Positions 12,041-25,777 are shown, counted from the first letter of the stretch. The stretch: 64,000 bases of DNA from Ranitomeya imitator (GCF_032444005.1 NC_091282.1:892180001-892244000); one strand, 5' to 3'. Notes: generated by a model not told the origin, from the sequence alone. Numbers and translations: made by a program.

Positions 12041-13047
12041 CTGTTAAGATAGGGGGTTCTCTCCGGGCCTCATTAACACTCTGCTGAAGAGCAGAAAAAT
12101 AATCACCACAAAAATTTGTCAGGATTTGGAAGAGATTTCTTCAAAACTCAGGGGTAGTAGCTGGTCAGTCTACTCCAATAGACCAGATTTTGGAATTCTT
12201 GCAAAAGGGGTTGGATATGGGGTTATCCCCAAATATTCTTAAAGTACAGGTGTCAGCTTTAGGGGCCCTCTTTGGCTGCAATATTGCTGAAAATGACTGG
12301 GTCAGCAGATTCATCAGGGCAACAAAACGGTCTAGGCCAATGGTGAAGAATAGGGTCATGCCGTGGGACCTAAACCTAGTCCTCCCAGCCATGACAGAGG
12401 CCCCATTTGAGCCAATTTCTTCAGCCTCTATTGAAAATCTCTCTTAAAGTAGCCTTCCTGGTAGCCCTAATGTCTGCTTGTAGGATAGGCGACATCCAGG
12501 CGTTATCCAGGGTTCCCCCTTACATGCAACTTAGGGATGATAGTGATACTGTCCCCTGATCCAGCATATCTTCCTAAGGTAGTGTCCAGGTTCCACAGAA
12601 CACAGGAAATAGTTCTTCCATCTTTCCTCCCTAATCCTACTAATAAGGAAAGGAAACTACACACTTGTAGATGTAAAAAGATGTATCCTAGAGTATCTAG
12701 CAGTGACTGATCCTTGGAAAATAGATAGCGCCCTATTCGTGTCCTATTAGGGTAGCAGGAAAGGTCATAGAGCATCAAAATCTACATTAGCTAGATGGAT
12801 CAGGGAGGCTATCTCGCTGGCATACATCTCAAAGGGCAAGCCTGCGCCTGAAGGTCTAAAAGCGCATTCCACTAGAGCTATGGCGGCCTCGTGGGCGGAG
12901 AGGTTAGAGGTGTCGATTGACCAAATATGTAAGGCTGCTACTTGGTCTTCTCCAAACACTTTCTATAACCATTATAGATTTAACCTGGTTGCTTCCTCGG
13001 ACCTTTCTTTTGGTGTAAGGGTGCTGCAAGCTGTAGTCCCTCCCTAA
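12040..13047 (+). pseudogene. DIRS1 tyrosine recombinase, broken
   Basis: AHSTRAMAASWA...ICKAATWSSPNTFYNHYR, ending VLQAVVPP-stop at 13047; frameshifts upstream. Confidence 0.9.
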
Positions 13048-13066
13048 ATAGTTACTCTCTGTAATT

Positions 13067-13144
13067 CTCTCCGTGGTGCTGTCATGGACGACCGATAAAG
13101 TCTTAGTTACTCACCGGTTAACGGTGTTTTTCAGAGTCCATGAC
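13067..13144 (+). other. DIRS internal complementary region (ICR)
   Basis: 13067-13099 is complementary to the left terminus (tttatcggtcgtccatgacag); 13100-13144 is complementary to the right terminus (gtcatggactctgaaaaacactgttaaccggtgagtaactaagac). Confidence 0.9.
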
Positions 13145-13774
13145 CGCACCCGTACATACCCTCCCATCTTCTTAAGTTCTGAGTGTACACCTCTTCCATT
13201 TTTTTATATAGTCCACTTGGGATGGATAGTTAAGTTGTAATATTGTTATATATGTGTCATTAACCTAGGTGGTCCTCTTGTGTTCTGTAAACCAACTGAT
13301 GCGTGGGAGAGGTGCCGCCGTTATGTATCTGTAGGTTTCCTGTTCCTGAAGGGCGGATCCCCTCTCTCCGTGGTGCTGTCATGGACTCTGAAAAACACTG
13401 TTAACCGGTGAGTAACTAAGACTTTTCGCATTGCAGGTTGACTTAAAAAAGATGTTCAAACTTTCAGTCTTTTTGAGCAAGTACTTTTTCCATAGAACGG
13501 CATATGTTCATTCTTTTGAGTGTTTTGTTTGTTCAAAACGACATGTGCACATGCCCTAATAAAGGAATGTTCAGAGGCAAAAATCTCCATTTGGCTAAAT
13601 GAAAGTAGTTTTATTTCATTATAGTAAGCACATTTGATGTACATTAGCATTCATATTAATTTTGTGATTAACTTAAAAATGAAGTTAAAGGAGGGCTTGC
13701 TTGCACTTTAAGATGTTGCATAGAGCTTGCATTTGGCACTATTAGGTCTGCAAAGAGTGTCACATTAGGACTAA

Positions 13775-14687
13775 AGGTACCTTCACACATGATATCGTTA
13801 AGGATATCGTTGCAACGTCACGCTTTTTGTGACGTAGCAACGATACCGCTAACTATCTCGTTATGTATGACAGCGACCAATTATCAGGCCCCTGCTGGGA
13901 GATCGTTGGTCGCTGGGGAATGATCAGGACCTTTTTTTGGTCGCTGATCACCCGCTGTCATCGCTGGATCGGCGTGTGGGATGCCGATCCAGCGATGTGT
14001 TCACTTGTAACCAGGGTAAATATCTGGTTACTAAGCGCAGGGCCGCGCTTAGTAACCCGATATTTACCCTGGTTACCATTGTAAAAGTAAAAAAAAAAAA
14101 GTACATACTCACATTCTGATGTCTGTCACGTCCCCCGCCGGCATCCACAGGGTTAAAACTGCTTTCGGCAGGAGTGCTGCTAATGCACGCGCTCCGGCCG
14201 AGAGCTTCCCTGCACTGACTGTCAGTGCCGGCCGTAAAGCAGAGCACAGCGGTGACGTCACCGCTGTTACTGCCGGCGCTGACAGTCAGTGCAGGGAAGC
14301 TCTCGGCCGGAGCACGTGCATTAGCAGCGCTCCTGCCGAAAGCAGTTTTAACCCTGTGGATGCCGGCGGGGGACGTGACAGACATCAGAATGTGAGTATG
14401 TACTGTTTTTTTTTTTTTTTCTTTTACAATGGTAACCAGGGTAAATATCGGGTTACTAAGCGCAGCCCTGCACTTAGTAACCCGATGTTTACCCTGGTTA
14501 CCCAGGGACTTCGGCATCGTTGAAGACAGTTTCAACTATGCCGAAGTCGTTCCCCTGATCGTTGGTCGCTGGAGAGAGCGGTCTGTGTGACAGCTCCCCA
14601 GCGACCAAACAACGACTTACCAACTATTACGGCCAGGTCGTATTGCTGGTCGTGATCGTTGGTAAATCGTGTAGTGTAACGGCATCT
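13775..14687. mobile_element. Long palindromic Harbinger-type MITE
   Basis: TAA flanks, aggtaccttcacac start, and long internal inverted arms (the mirror ORFs 13948-14535 and 14119-14523 reflect this). Confidence 0.75.
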
Positions 14688-14760
14688 TAACCCTCATATC
14701 GGCTTATTTTGCAGACTTACCGGAGTTGCTGCAGGGGATTTCCAATGTTACTCATTTTAA

Positions 14761-15224
14761 GACCCCTTTCACACAATTTTTTTTTGCCGTCGGTCACAAT
14801 CCATTGGTTTGACGTCGTCGATTGTGAAAAACTGATGCAACTGATTTTGTTTTTTTTCGACTGATTCGAGTAGCGGATCTGGCTAATTGGATCGGAGCAT
14901 GCTTAGTTAAAAAAAAAAAAAAAAAGGAATCAGTCGCCAGATTCCATTATTTGATGGATCCGGCGCCATAGGCTTCCATTCTAGCAAACGACGGATGGCA
15001 ACGGATCCGTTGCTGTTTTTTCGATGGACATAGTAACTTTTTTTTTATGTCCGTTGTCTCCGGCTGCCGGACAAACAATTTGACAGATTCTGTGAACGAC
15101 TGATGAAATGTGAGACCATCCGTTGCTAATACAAGTCTATGAGAAAAAAAAATGATCCGGTGGCTTCAGTCGCCAGATCCGTGTTTTGTTGTTTTTTTTC
15201 AAAATTTTATGTGTGAAAGGGGCC
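14761..15224. mobile_element. Harbinger-type MITE
   Basis: gacccctttcacac / gtgtgaaaggggcc TIRs with TAA TSD. Confidence 0.75.
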
Positions 15225-15884
15225 TAAGGCTGACTCCATTTCGGTTCATTCACACACTGCATTTATTTTTGACACATGACCAAACTGTGACATGAGTAAA
15301 ACATGTGAATAAAACCTAACATTAGAGTGGTATCTTTATTAGGATATGTCCTAATAGATCATACAGAAACGGGTGATTAAAGCTTCTATAGGGCATTGCT
15401 GGGATTTTTCTTGGCTAAAAGTTAAAATGATCATTCCTTGTCTATTCAACTCCCAGTGATCCAACAGTGATGATGTCTCTTGCATCATGCACATGGCCAC
15501 TGCCTCTAATCACTAGCCTCAGCTTTGTCTTGCATGGAGGATAACTGTCCTTTAAAACTAGTGATTGGCTGAAGTGGTAAAAAAAAATGTTTGTTTTTTT
15601 TGTCATTGCAGGAATAGGGAAGTAAAAAAAAAAAAAAAATATTGGCAAAAAATAGATAAAGCGTTCAGGTCTGTAAGCCCTGTCTTTCTATACAACATGA
15701 AAGCGTACAGCTGTGGCAGAATGGCTTCCAAAGTCCACGCTCTTCTTTTACTCCACCTTTTGAAAAGGAGTAAAAATATATATATATAATTAATGCCTTT
15801 TGTAAATAGTTCTTATGTGATAGGTTAATACCCCTCCCTTCCCTGTCACTGTTACTCTAATTATGCTAAAAAGGTGCATACTGC

Positions 15885-16878
15885 TAAGAGCGGCAGACTA
15901 CGCAACTGGTATGGGGCCTGCGAGTTTGGGGGGCGCTCCATCACCAGGCCTCTCCCCCACCCGGCATCACACTTTCAACTGTATTGCCATCCTGAAAGGC
16001 GATGGTTGAAAGCAATTATGGAACGGGGACCGTCCCCATCTGTCATTCTCCATCTGCGTCTGAGCTCTGACGTCTGTGTAGTGGGCATGATGACATCACT
16101 ATATAATGTAGGGCTTCAGAACACATGCTGAAAAGAGCAGAAGAATGGTGAGATTTTTTTTTTTTTTAAATTGACTACATTGTGGGGAAGGCTGTGTGTG
16201 GGTGCATTACACTGTGAATGGGTGGGGAAAATTATGCTGTGTGGAGGACTTTGTGGGGGCATTATACTATGTAGGGCTGTGTGGGGGCATTATACTGTGT
16301 GGAGGGCTGTGTGTATTGGGGCATTATACTGTGGAGGGCTGTGTGGAGGCATACAGTGTGAAGGTATTATATTGTGTGGAGGACTGTGTGTGGGGGGGAT
16401 TATACTGTTGGGTGGCATACTGTGTGGGTGGGGTGGCATACAGTGTGGGGGCATTATACTGTGGTGGGTGGGGTGGAATTATTCTGTGTGGGGGGATTAC
16501 ACTGAGGCGGGCATTATACTATATACAATTATATAGTATGGAGGGCTGTGTTGGGGGGGTCACCATTGGGGCATCATGCTGTCCTGGGATTATCATACTT
16601 TGCGGTGTGGTGGTACATTAGTCATCATATTTTGGTTGTGGAGGAAGTCACTGTGACGGCTATCATACTGAGTTTGATGGACATTTTTGTTGACATCATA
16701 CTTTATGGGTGCAATGACAGGGAAATCTAAGGACTGCAATAGGAGAAATTTTTTACTTTTGTAAGAGCTGTAAAGTTGTTGGATATCTTCCTCTGTGACC
16801 CTGCCAAATTTGTTTTTTTGTGGGGAGGATCAATTAGGACTTATGCTATGGAGCCCCATGATTTGTGTACGCCCCTTG
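15885..16878. mobile_element. hAT-like non-autonomous element with a G-rich minisatellite (ggggcattatactgtgt)n at ~16170-16660
   Basis: Tandem units visible; ends resemble gggccccat...tgtacgccccttg. Boundaries approximate. Confidence 0.5.
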
Positions 16879-17070
16879 CTAAAAAAAAAAAAAAATTAGC
16901 AATTTCAGCTAAATCAAGTGGAGTTAAAATTTTGGGAATGGACAGAAGTTGTTCTCTCTACCATTCCCTTCCATTCCTTTCAATTCTCAATGTCTACATT
17001 TATACAGGCTCCTCTCACTGCTGAGAAATAAGTTTACTCCAAAATAATTAATTTTTTAAAATATATTTAA

Positions 17071-20000
17071 CCCCTTCACCCCCAAGGGTGGTTTGCACGT
17101 TAATGACCATGCCAATTTTTACAATTCTGACCACTGTCCCTTTATGAGGTTATACCTCTGGAACGCTTTAACGGATCCTGGTGATTCTGACATTGTTTTC
17201 TCATGACATATTGTACTTCATGAAAGTGGTAAAATTTCTTTGATATTACCTGCGTTTATTTGTGAAAAAAACGGAAATTTGGTGAAAATTTTGAAAATTT
17301 CGCAATTTTCCAACTTTGAATTTTTATGCAATTAAATCAGAGATATGTCACACAAAATACTTAAGTAACATTTCCCACATGTCTACTTTACATCAGCACA
17401 ATTTTGGAACCAATTTTTTTTTTGTTAGGGAGTTATAAGGGTTAAAAGTTGACCAGCAATTTCTAATTTTTACAACACAAATTTTTCTTTTTTTAGGGAC
17501 CACATCTTATTTGAAGTCATTTTGAGGGGTCTATATGTTAGAAAATACCCAAGTGTGACACCATTCTAAAAACTGCACCCGTCAAGGTGCTCAAAACCAT
17601 ATTCAAGAAGTTTATTAACCCTTCAGGTGTTTCACAGGAATTTTTGGAATGTTTAAATAAAAATGAACATTTAACTTTTTTTTTCACAAAAAATTTACTT
17701 CAGATCCAATTTGTTTTATTTTCCCAAGGGTAACAGGAGAAAATAGACCCCAAAAGTTGTTGTACAATTTGTCCTGAGTACACGATAAACCACTGTTTAG
17801 GCGCATGACAGAGCTCTGAAGCAAAGGAGCGCCATTTGACTTTTCAATACAAAATTGACAGGAATTGAGATGGGACGCCATGTTGCATTTGGAGAGCCAC
17901 TGATGTGCCTAAACATTGAAACCCCCCAAAAGTGACACCATTGTGGAAAGTAGACCCCCTAAGGAACTTATCTAGATGTGTGGTGAGCACTTTGACCCAC
18001 CAAGGGCTTCACAGAAGTTTATAATGCAGAGCCGTAAAAATAAAACAAAAATTTTTTCCCGCAAATTATTTTTAAACCCCCAGTTTTGTATTTTCCCGAG
18101 GGTAACAGGAGAAATTGGACCCCAAAAGTTGTTGTCCAATTTGTCCTGAGTGCGCTGATACCCCATATGTGGGGGGGAACCACCGTTTGGGCGCATGGGA
18201 GGGCACAGAAGGGAAGGAGCGCCATTTGGAATGCAGACTTAGATGGAATGGTCTGCAGGCGTCACATTGCGTTTGCAGAGCCCATAATGTACCTAAACAG
18301 TAGAAACCCCCCACAAGTGACACCATTTTGGAAAGTAGACCCCTAAGGAACTCATCTAGATGTGTTGTGAGAGCTTTGAACCCCCAAGTGTTTCACTTCA
18401 GTTTATAACGCAGAGCTGTGAAAATAAAAAAATAAAAAATTTCCCCCAAAAATTATTTTTTAGCCCCCAGTTTTGTATTTTCCCGAGGGTAACGAGAAAT
18501 TGGACCCCAAAAGTTGTTGTCCAATTTGTCCTGAGTATGCTGATACCCCATATGTTGGGGTAAACCCCTGTTTGGGCACACGGGAGAGCTCGAAAGGGAA
18601 GGAGCACTGTTTTACTTTTTCAACGCAGAATTGGCTGGAATTGAGATCGGACACCATGGCGCGTTTGGAGAGCCCCTGATGTGCCTAAACAGTGGAAACC
18701 CCCCAATTATAACTGAAACCCTAATCCAAACACACCCCTAACCCTAATCCCAACGATAACCCTAACCACACCTCTAACCCAGACACACCCCCAACCCTAA
18801 TCCCAACCCTATTCCCAACCATAAATGTAACCCTAACCCTAACTTTAGCCCCAACCCTAACTGTAGCCTTAACCCTAACCCTAGCCCTAACCCTAAAATG
18901 GAAATAAATACATTTTTTAAATTTTTCCCTAACTAAGGGGGTGATGAAGGGGGGTTTGATTTACTTTTATAGCGGGTTTTTTAGCGGATTTTTGATTGGC
19001 AGCCGTCACACACTGAAAGACGCTTTTTATTGCAAAAAATATTTTTTGCGTTACCACATTTTGAGAGCTATAATTTTTCCATGTTTGAGTCCACAGAGTC
19101 ATGTGAGGTCTTGTTTTTTGTGGGACGAGTTGACGTTTCTATTGGTAACATTTTCGGGCACGTGACATTTTTTGATCGCTTTTTATTCCGATTTTTGTGA
19201 GGCAGCATGACCAAAAACCAGCTATTCATGAATTTCTTTTGGGGGGAGGCGTTTATACCGTTCCGCGTTTGGTAAAATTGATGAAGCAGTTATATTCTTC
19301 GGGTCAGTACGATTACAGCGATACCTCATTTATATCATTTTTTTTATGTTTTGGCGCTTTTATATGATAAACTATTTTATAGAAAAAATAATTATTTTTG
19401 CATCGCTTTATTCTGAGGACTGTAACTTTTTTATTTTTTTGCTGATGATGCTGTATGTCTTTTTGATCGCGTGTTATTCCACTTTTTGTTCGGCGGTATG
19501 ATAATAAAGCATTGTTTTTTGCCTCGTTTTTTTTTTTCTTACGGTGTTTACTGAAGGGGTTAACTAGTTTTATAGGTTGGGTTGTGGGACAGTGGGACAG
19601 TTTTATAGGTTGGGTTGTTACGGACACGGCGATACTAAATACCTTTATTGTTTACATTTCTTTATCTAAATAAAAAAAACATTTATGGGAATAATATTTT
19701 TTTTCCCGATTTAGGAATTTTTTTTTTCTTTTTTTCTTTTACACATGTGGAAATTTTTTTTACAACTTTTTTACTTTGTCCCGGGGGAGGGGGACATCAC
19801 AGATCGTTGATCTGACAGATTGCACAGCAGTCTGTCAGATCAGCGATCTGAGTTAGAACACTGCAGTCTTACCAAGCGCCTGCTCTGAGCAGGCACTTGG
19901 TAAGCCACCTCCCTCCCTGCAGGACCCGGATGCCGCGGCCATCTTGGATCGGGGGCCTGCAGCGAGGAAGGAGGTAGGAGACCCTCAGAGCAACGCGATC

Positions 20001-20303
20001 ACATCGCCTTGCTCCGGGGGTCTCAGGGAAGCCCGCAGGGAGCCCCCTCCCTGCGCGATGCTTCCCTATACCGCCGGCACACCTCGATCATGTTTGATCG
20101 CGGTGTGCCGGGGGTTAATGTGTCGGGGGCGGTCCTCGACCGCTCCTGGCACATAGTGCCGGATGTCAGCTGCGATAGGCAGCTGACACTCGGCTGCGCT
20201 CCCCCCGTGAGCGCGACCGATCGCGCTGGACATACTATTCCGTCCTTGGGAAGCAAGGCCCACCCCACATGGACGGAATAGTACGTCCAACGGCAGAAAG
20301 GGG
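17071..20303 (+). mobile_element. piggyBac-like non-autonomous element A
   Basis: TTAA at 17067-70 and 20304-07; CCCCTT...AAGGGG termini; about three ~390-bp internal repeats; no transposase. Strand is relative. Confidence 0.8.
18717..18896 (-). repeat. Degenerate telomere-like (TAACCC)n array inside element A
   Basis: Runs of ccctaa with variant units. Confidence 0.85.
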
Positions 20304-21213
20304 TTAAAGAGAACCTGTCAGCAGGATTGTGCACAGTAACCTACAGGCAGTAACAGGTCGGCACAGTTATGCTGATTAAAATGATGCCTTGGTTGAGGAA
20401 ATCCATCTTGTGGTTGTTGTTGTTTAACTCAAAACTGAAAATAAAGATTAATGATATGCTCGTGATTTGGGGCGGGCCTGTGGGGGAATCTTCACGTGGT
20501 GTTGATTAGGTTTTCACCAGGATGGCTTCTGACAGGTCACTGATCCCTCAGCGATCTGCCCCCTAGTTTACATAATGAATGTTATATATATAAATATATC
20601 TTGGGGAGGGGGAGTGGTGCCTGCACTGCAGCATGATCACATATATCTGTCTGTATTGTGCCACCTGCGCAGTAGCAGCTGTCTGCGATTTGGCACATTA
20701 TATATGCGATCATGCTGCAGTGCGACTTTCTAATCAGTGGAGGGTTGACTGATAGAATGATCACTGATACTGAGAAAAAAAAATATCCACATTATTTAGA
20801 GGACCTTTTTACTTTCACAACTTTTTTTCCTAAGTTGAGCTGGACACATTCTGCAATAGTGGTTGCAGAACGGAATAAAACATTTTGTTAAATTCGGCCT
20901 CTCTGCAGAGAGATTAGCAATCAAAGTATTTGACACCTAATGAGTTAATTTTTTTTTTTTTAGTCCAAGTTGGTGTTATTGCAGTCTTCATTGGGGGCGT
21001 GTACTTGTTCTCCCTGTATAATGCTGACCAATCATAAAAGGGCAGCAACAAAAAGGCAAACAAGAACGTCCCCCCACACAAGCAGATTTATCCGTGTGTG
21101 GACTGTATAAAGACAGATGGCCCTGATCTCCTGTGTTAACCACTTACATGAGTCAGTGTGGTGTGAGAGCTAGCACAGCTGAGTTTAGCCATGTCTTATT
21201 ACAAACCCTTCGA

Positions 21214-21673
21214 AGGCAATGTTCACAAGATTAGTATTTTGTCTGTATTTAACATCCCCATTTGTAAGCCAAAACCAGGAGCGGAACAATCAGAGGAAAA
21301 GTAGAATAGAAACACGTCATCACTTAATAATAATAATAATCTTTTTTATATAGTGCTAACATATTTTGCAGCGCTTTACAGTTTTGCACACATTATCATT
21401 GCTGTCCCCGATGGGGTTCACAATCTAAATTCCCTATCAGTATGTCTTAGGAATGTGTGAGGAAACCGGAGTACCAGGAGGAAACCCATGCAAACACGGG
21501 GAGAAAATGCAAACTCCTTGCAGATGTTGTCCTTGGTGTGATTTGAACCCAGGACTCCAGTGCGGCAAGGCTGCAGTGCTATCCACCGTGCTTATGTGTT
21601 TTTCACCTACTCCTGGTTTTGGCTTACAGATAATGTAAAATGCTGACCAAATACTGAACATGTGAACGTGGCC
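21214..21673. mobile_element. Harbinger-type MITE interrupted by a SINE
   Basis: ggcaatgttcaca / tgtgaacgtggcc imperfect TIRs. Confidence 0.55.
21325..21591 (-). mobile_element. tRNA-derived V-SINE with L2-like 3' tail
   Basis: Box-B-like gggttcaaatc, V-domain ggagtttgcattttctccccgtgtttgcatgggtttcctcc, and tail tgtaaagcgctgc...(tta)n. Confidence 0.85.
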
Positions 21674-22429
21674 TAACAGCTCTCCTGATTATGAAGTGTC
21701 AGTAATCACACTTATATTTGCTGTGCTGATGTAACTTGTAATCGCACTGCAGTGAGATTGGGGCTGTCATTTACATACCATACAGGAACATCCTTCCTGT
21801 TCTGGACTACTTATGTGTGAGATATGAGGCTCTACTCTGATCTCACTGCAGAGCAATTACAAGTTGAGCACAACAGACCCAAGTGTGATACTGACACTTT
21901 GAGCTCACATAGAGACAGGCAGTATGTGGGGGTGAGGTAGTACAGCAGAGCTGACAAAGCTATCAGTGTAGAAGACGCAGCTAAACTCTGCTGCACAGTC
22001 CCTACCCCCACACAGACTCATGCAGGAGGTTAGATCAGGAGATGAGAGCCATATTACATATTATACACTAATAAACCTGCTTTAAGTTATGGTGGAAGCG
22101 TTTTCTTCTTTCCTATGAGCGTTTGTTTCTTCCTGTTTAATTGGTCAATGTCATATAGAGTAGTACATTCCCCCATTGAAAACTAGCTCTGACTAAGAAG
22201 AAAAATATAACTCCTTAGGTGCCAAATACATTAAGGGTATGTGCACACGTTCAGGTTTTTTTGCGTTTTTTCGCTATAAAAACACAGACATAACATCCTA
22301 TCATTTAGAATGCATTCTGCAATTTTTGTGCACATGATGCGTTCTTTTCCATGAAAAAAACGCATCGCGGTAAAAAAAGCAGCATGTTCATTAATTTTGT
22401 GGATTTTTCGCGTTTTTCCCGCTATTTAA

Positions 22430-25400
22430 CCCCTTAATCCCATATAACGTACTATCCCGTCAAGGTGACCTGGGACTCAATTCCCAGTGATGGGATAGTA
22501 CGTCATATGCGATCAGCATCACGGGAGCGCGGCCAGGTGTCAGCTGACTATCGCAGCTGACATCCGGCACTATGTGCCAGGAGCAGTCACGGACCACTCC
22601 CGACACATTAACCCGTGGCACACTGCGATCAAACATGATCGCAGTGTTCCGGCGGTATAGGGAAGCATTGCGCAGGGAGGGGGCTCCCTGAGACGATCAG
22701 TACAAGGCGATGTGCTCACCTTGTACCGAGTGTCTCCTCCCTGCAGGCCCCGATCCAAAATGGCCACGGGGCTACTTTCGGGTCCTGCAGGGAGGTGGCT
22801 TACCAGGTGCCTGCTCAGAGCAGGCGCTGGTAAGCCAGGAGCAGTGCATGTCAGATCGCTGATCTGACACAGTACTCTGCAAAGTGTCAGATCAGTGATC
22901 TGTCACTAGACAGTGATGTCCCCCCTGGGACACAGTAAAAAAGTTTAAAAAATTTTCTTTTTTAATGTTTAAAAAAAAATAAAAAATTTCCAAATAAAGA
23001 GAACAAAATATTGTTCCCAGAAGTACATTTCTTTATCTAAATAAAAAAAACAAAAGTACACATATTTAGCATCGCCGTGTCCGTAACGACCCGACCTATA
23101 AAACTAGCCCACTAGTTAACCCCTTCAGTGAACACCCTTAAAAAAAAAAAAATCGAGGCAAAAAACGCTTTATCATACCGCCGAACAAAAAGTGGACTAA
23201 CACGCGATCAAAAAGACGGATATAAATAACCAAGGTACCACTGAAAACGTCATCTTGTCCCGCAAAAAAAGAGCCACCATACAGCATAAGCAAAAAAAAT
23301 AAAAAAGATATACTCTTCAGAATATAGCGATGCAAAAATATTATTATTTTTTCTATAAAAGTTTTTATCGTATAAAAGCGCCAAAACATAAAAAAACTAA
23401 ATGAGGCATCGCTGTAAATCGTACTGACCCAGAGAATAAAACTGCTTTATCCATTCAAACGTGGACAGGTATAAACGAGCCTCTCCCCCCCTTCCACCCC
23501 CCCCCCCCAAAAAAAAAAAAAAGAAATTCATGAACAGCTGTTTTTTGGTCATCCTACCTCACAAAAATCATAATAAAAAGCGATCAAAAAATGTCACATG
23601 CCCAAAAATGGTAGCAATAAAAACGTCAACTCGTCCCTCAAAAAAACAAGACCTCACATGACTATGTGGACCAAAATATGGAAAAATTATATGTCTCAAA
23701 ATGTGGTAACGCAAAAAGTATTTCTTGCAATAAAAAGCGTCTTTTAGTGTGACGGCTGCCAATCCTAAAAATCCGCTAAAAAAACGCTATAAAAGTAAAT
23801 CAAACCCCCCTTCATCACCCCCTTAGTTAGGGAAACATAAAAAAAATTTAAAAAAATGTATTTATTTCCATTTTAGGGTTAGGGTTTGGGCTACGGTTAG
23901 GGCTGGGGCTAAAGTTAGGGTTCGGATTACATTTACGGTTGGGATTAGGGTTAGGGGTGTGGTTAGGGTTAGGGGTGTGGTTAGGGTTATGGTTGGGATT
24001 AGGGTTAAGGGTGTGTTTGGGATAGGGTTTCAGTTAGAATTGGGGGTTTCCACTGTTTAGGCACATCAGGGCTCTCCAAATGCGATATGGCGTCCGATTT
24101 CAATTCCAGCCAATTCTGCGCTGAAAAAGTAAAACGGTGCTCCTTCCCTTCCGAGCTCTATCAGCATACTCAGGACAAATTGGACAACAACTATTGGGGT
24201 CCAATTTCTCTTGTTACCCTTGGGAAAATAAAAATTTGAGGGGCTAAAAAAAAATTTTTGTGGGAAAAAATCTATTTTTATTTTCACGACTCTGCTTTAT
24301 AAACTGTAGTGAAACACTTGGGGGTTCAAAGTTCTCACAACACATCTAGATAAGTTCCTTGGGTAGTCTCGTTTCCAATATGGGGTCACTTGTGGGGGAT
24401 TTCTACTGTTTAGGTGCATCAGGGGCTCTGCAAATGCAACGTGACGCCTGCAGACCAATCCATCTAAGTCTGCATTCCAAATGGCGCTCCTTCCCTTCCG
24501 AGCTCTGCCATGCACCCAAACGGTGGTTCCCCCCCACATATGGAGTATCGGCATACTCAGAACAAATGGCACAACTACTTTTGTCGTCCAATTTCTTCTT
24601 ACCCTTGGGAAAATAAAAAATTGGGGGCGAAAAGATCATATTTGTGAAAAAATATGATTTTTTTTTTAATTTAGACAGCTCTCCATTATAAACTTCTGTG
24701 AAGCACTTGGTGGGTCAAAGTGCTCACCACACATCTAGATAAGTTCTTTAGGGGGTCTACTTTCCAAAATGGTGTCACTTGTGGGGGTTTCAATGTTTAG
24801 GCACATCAGGGGCTCTCCAAACGCAACATGGGGTCCCTTCTCAATTCCAGTCAATTTTGCATTGAAAAGTCAAACGGCGCTCCTTCCCTTCCGAGCTCTG
24901 CCATGCACCCAAACAGTGGTTTACCCCCACATATAAGGTATCGGTGTACTCAGAACAAATTGTACAACAACTTTTGGGGTCCATTTTCTCCTGTTACCCT
25001 TGGTAAAATAAAACAAATTGGAGCTGAAGTAAATTTTTTGTGAAAAAAAGTTAAATGTTCATTTTTATTTAAACATTCCAAAAATTCCTGTGAAACACCT
25101 GAAGGGTTAATAAACTTCTTGAATGTGGTTTTGAGCACTTTGAGGGGTGCAGTTTTTAGAATGGTGTCACACTTAGAAAATAACCATCATATAGACCCCT
25201 CTAAATGACTTCAAATGTGATGTGGTCCTTAAAAAAATATTGGTGTTGTAAAAATGAGAAATTGCTGGTCAACTTTTAACCTTTATAACTCCCTACGGTA
25301 ACAAAAAAAAATTTGGTTCCAAAATTGTGCTGATGTAAAGTAGACATGTGGGAAATGTTACTTATTGATTATTTTGTGTGACATATCTCTGTGATTTAAG

Positions 25401-25647
25401 GGCATAAAAGTTCAAAGTTGAAAAATTGCGAAATTTTTGCCAAATTTCCATTTTTTTTCACAAATAAACGCACGTTATATCTAAGAAATTTTACCACTAT
25501 CTCGTACAATGTCACGAGAAAACAATGTCAGAATCACCAGGATCCGTTGAAGCATTCCAGAGTTATAACCTCATAAAAGGACAGTAGTCAGAATTGTAAA
25601 AATTGGCCCGGTCAGTAACGTGCAAACCACCCTTGGGGCTTAAGGCG
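22430..25647 (-). mobile_element. piggyBac-like non-autonomous element B (related to A, inverted)
   Basis: TTAA at 22426-29 and 25648-51; its sequence is the reverse-complement counterpart of A along its length. Confidence 0.8.
23873..24030 (+). repeat. Degenerate (TTAGGG)n array inside element B
   Basis: ttagggttagggtttggg... units visible. Confidence 0.85.
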
Positions 25648-25777
25648 TTAATGCATTGTGGAAAAAACACGCCTAAAACGTGAAAAAAAAAAAACTCATT
25701 CGGATTTCTGGCAGAAATGTCCGGATTTTTTGTCAGGAAATTTCTGCAAGAAATCCTGACGTGTGCACATACCCTAA

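Larger units (their letters stand above)
6271..13425 (+). mobile_element. DIRS1-like tyrosine-recombinase retrotransposon, full-span but disrupted
   Basis: ITRs (~6283-6375 / ~13290-13385), TTT at both ends, ICR near the 3' end, and gag, RT, RNase H, methyltransferase-like and YR coding remnants in order. Confidence 0.93.
22235..25774. mobile_element. Harbinger-type MITE split by piggyBac-like element B
   Basis: gggtatgtgcacacgt / acgtgtgcacataccc TIRs with TAA flanks; interrupted at an internal TTAA. Confidence 0.75.

Noticed and set aside
13540-13600. tttcatttag|CCA AAT GGA GAT TTT TGC CTC TGA as a phase-0 last exon of the chemokine
   Set aside because: One of many possible acceptors, with no homology support.
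17750-18700. Recurring short ORFs in the ~390-bp repeats of elements A, B and C
   Set aside because: Frames and stops differ between copies; non-coding tandem repeats.
18717-18896. Telomeric repeats as evidence of an ancestral chromosome fusion or chromosome end
   Set aside because: They sit at homologous positions inside three copies of a transposon family and are not arranged head-to-head.
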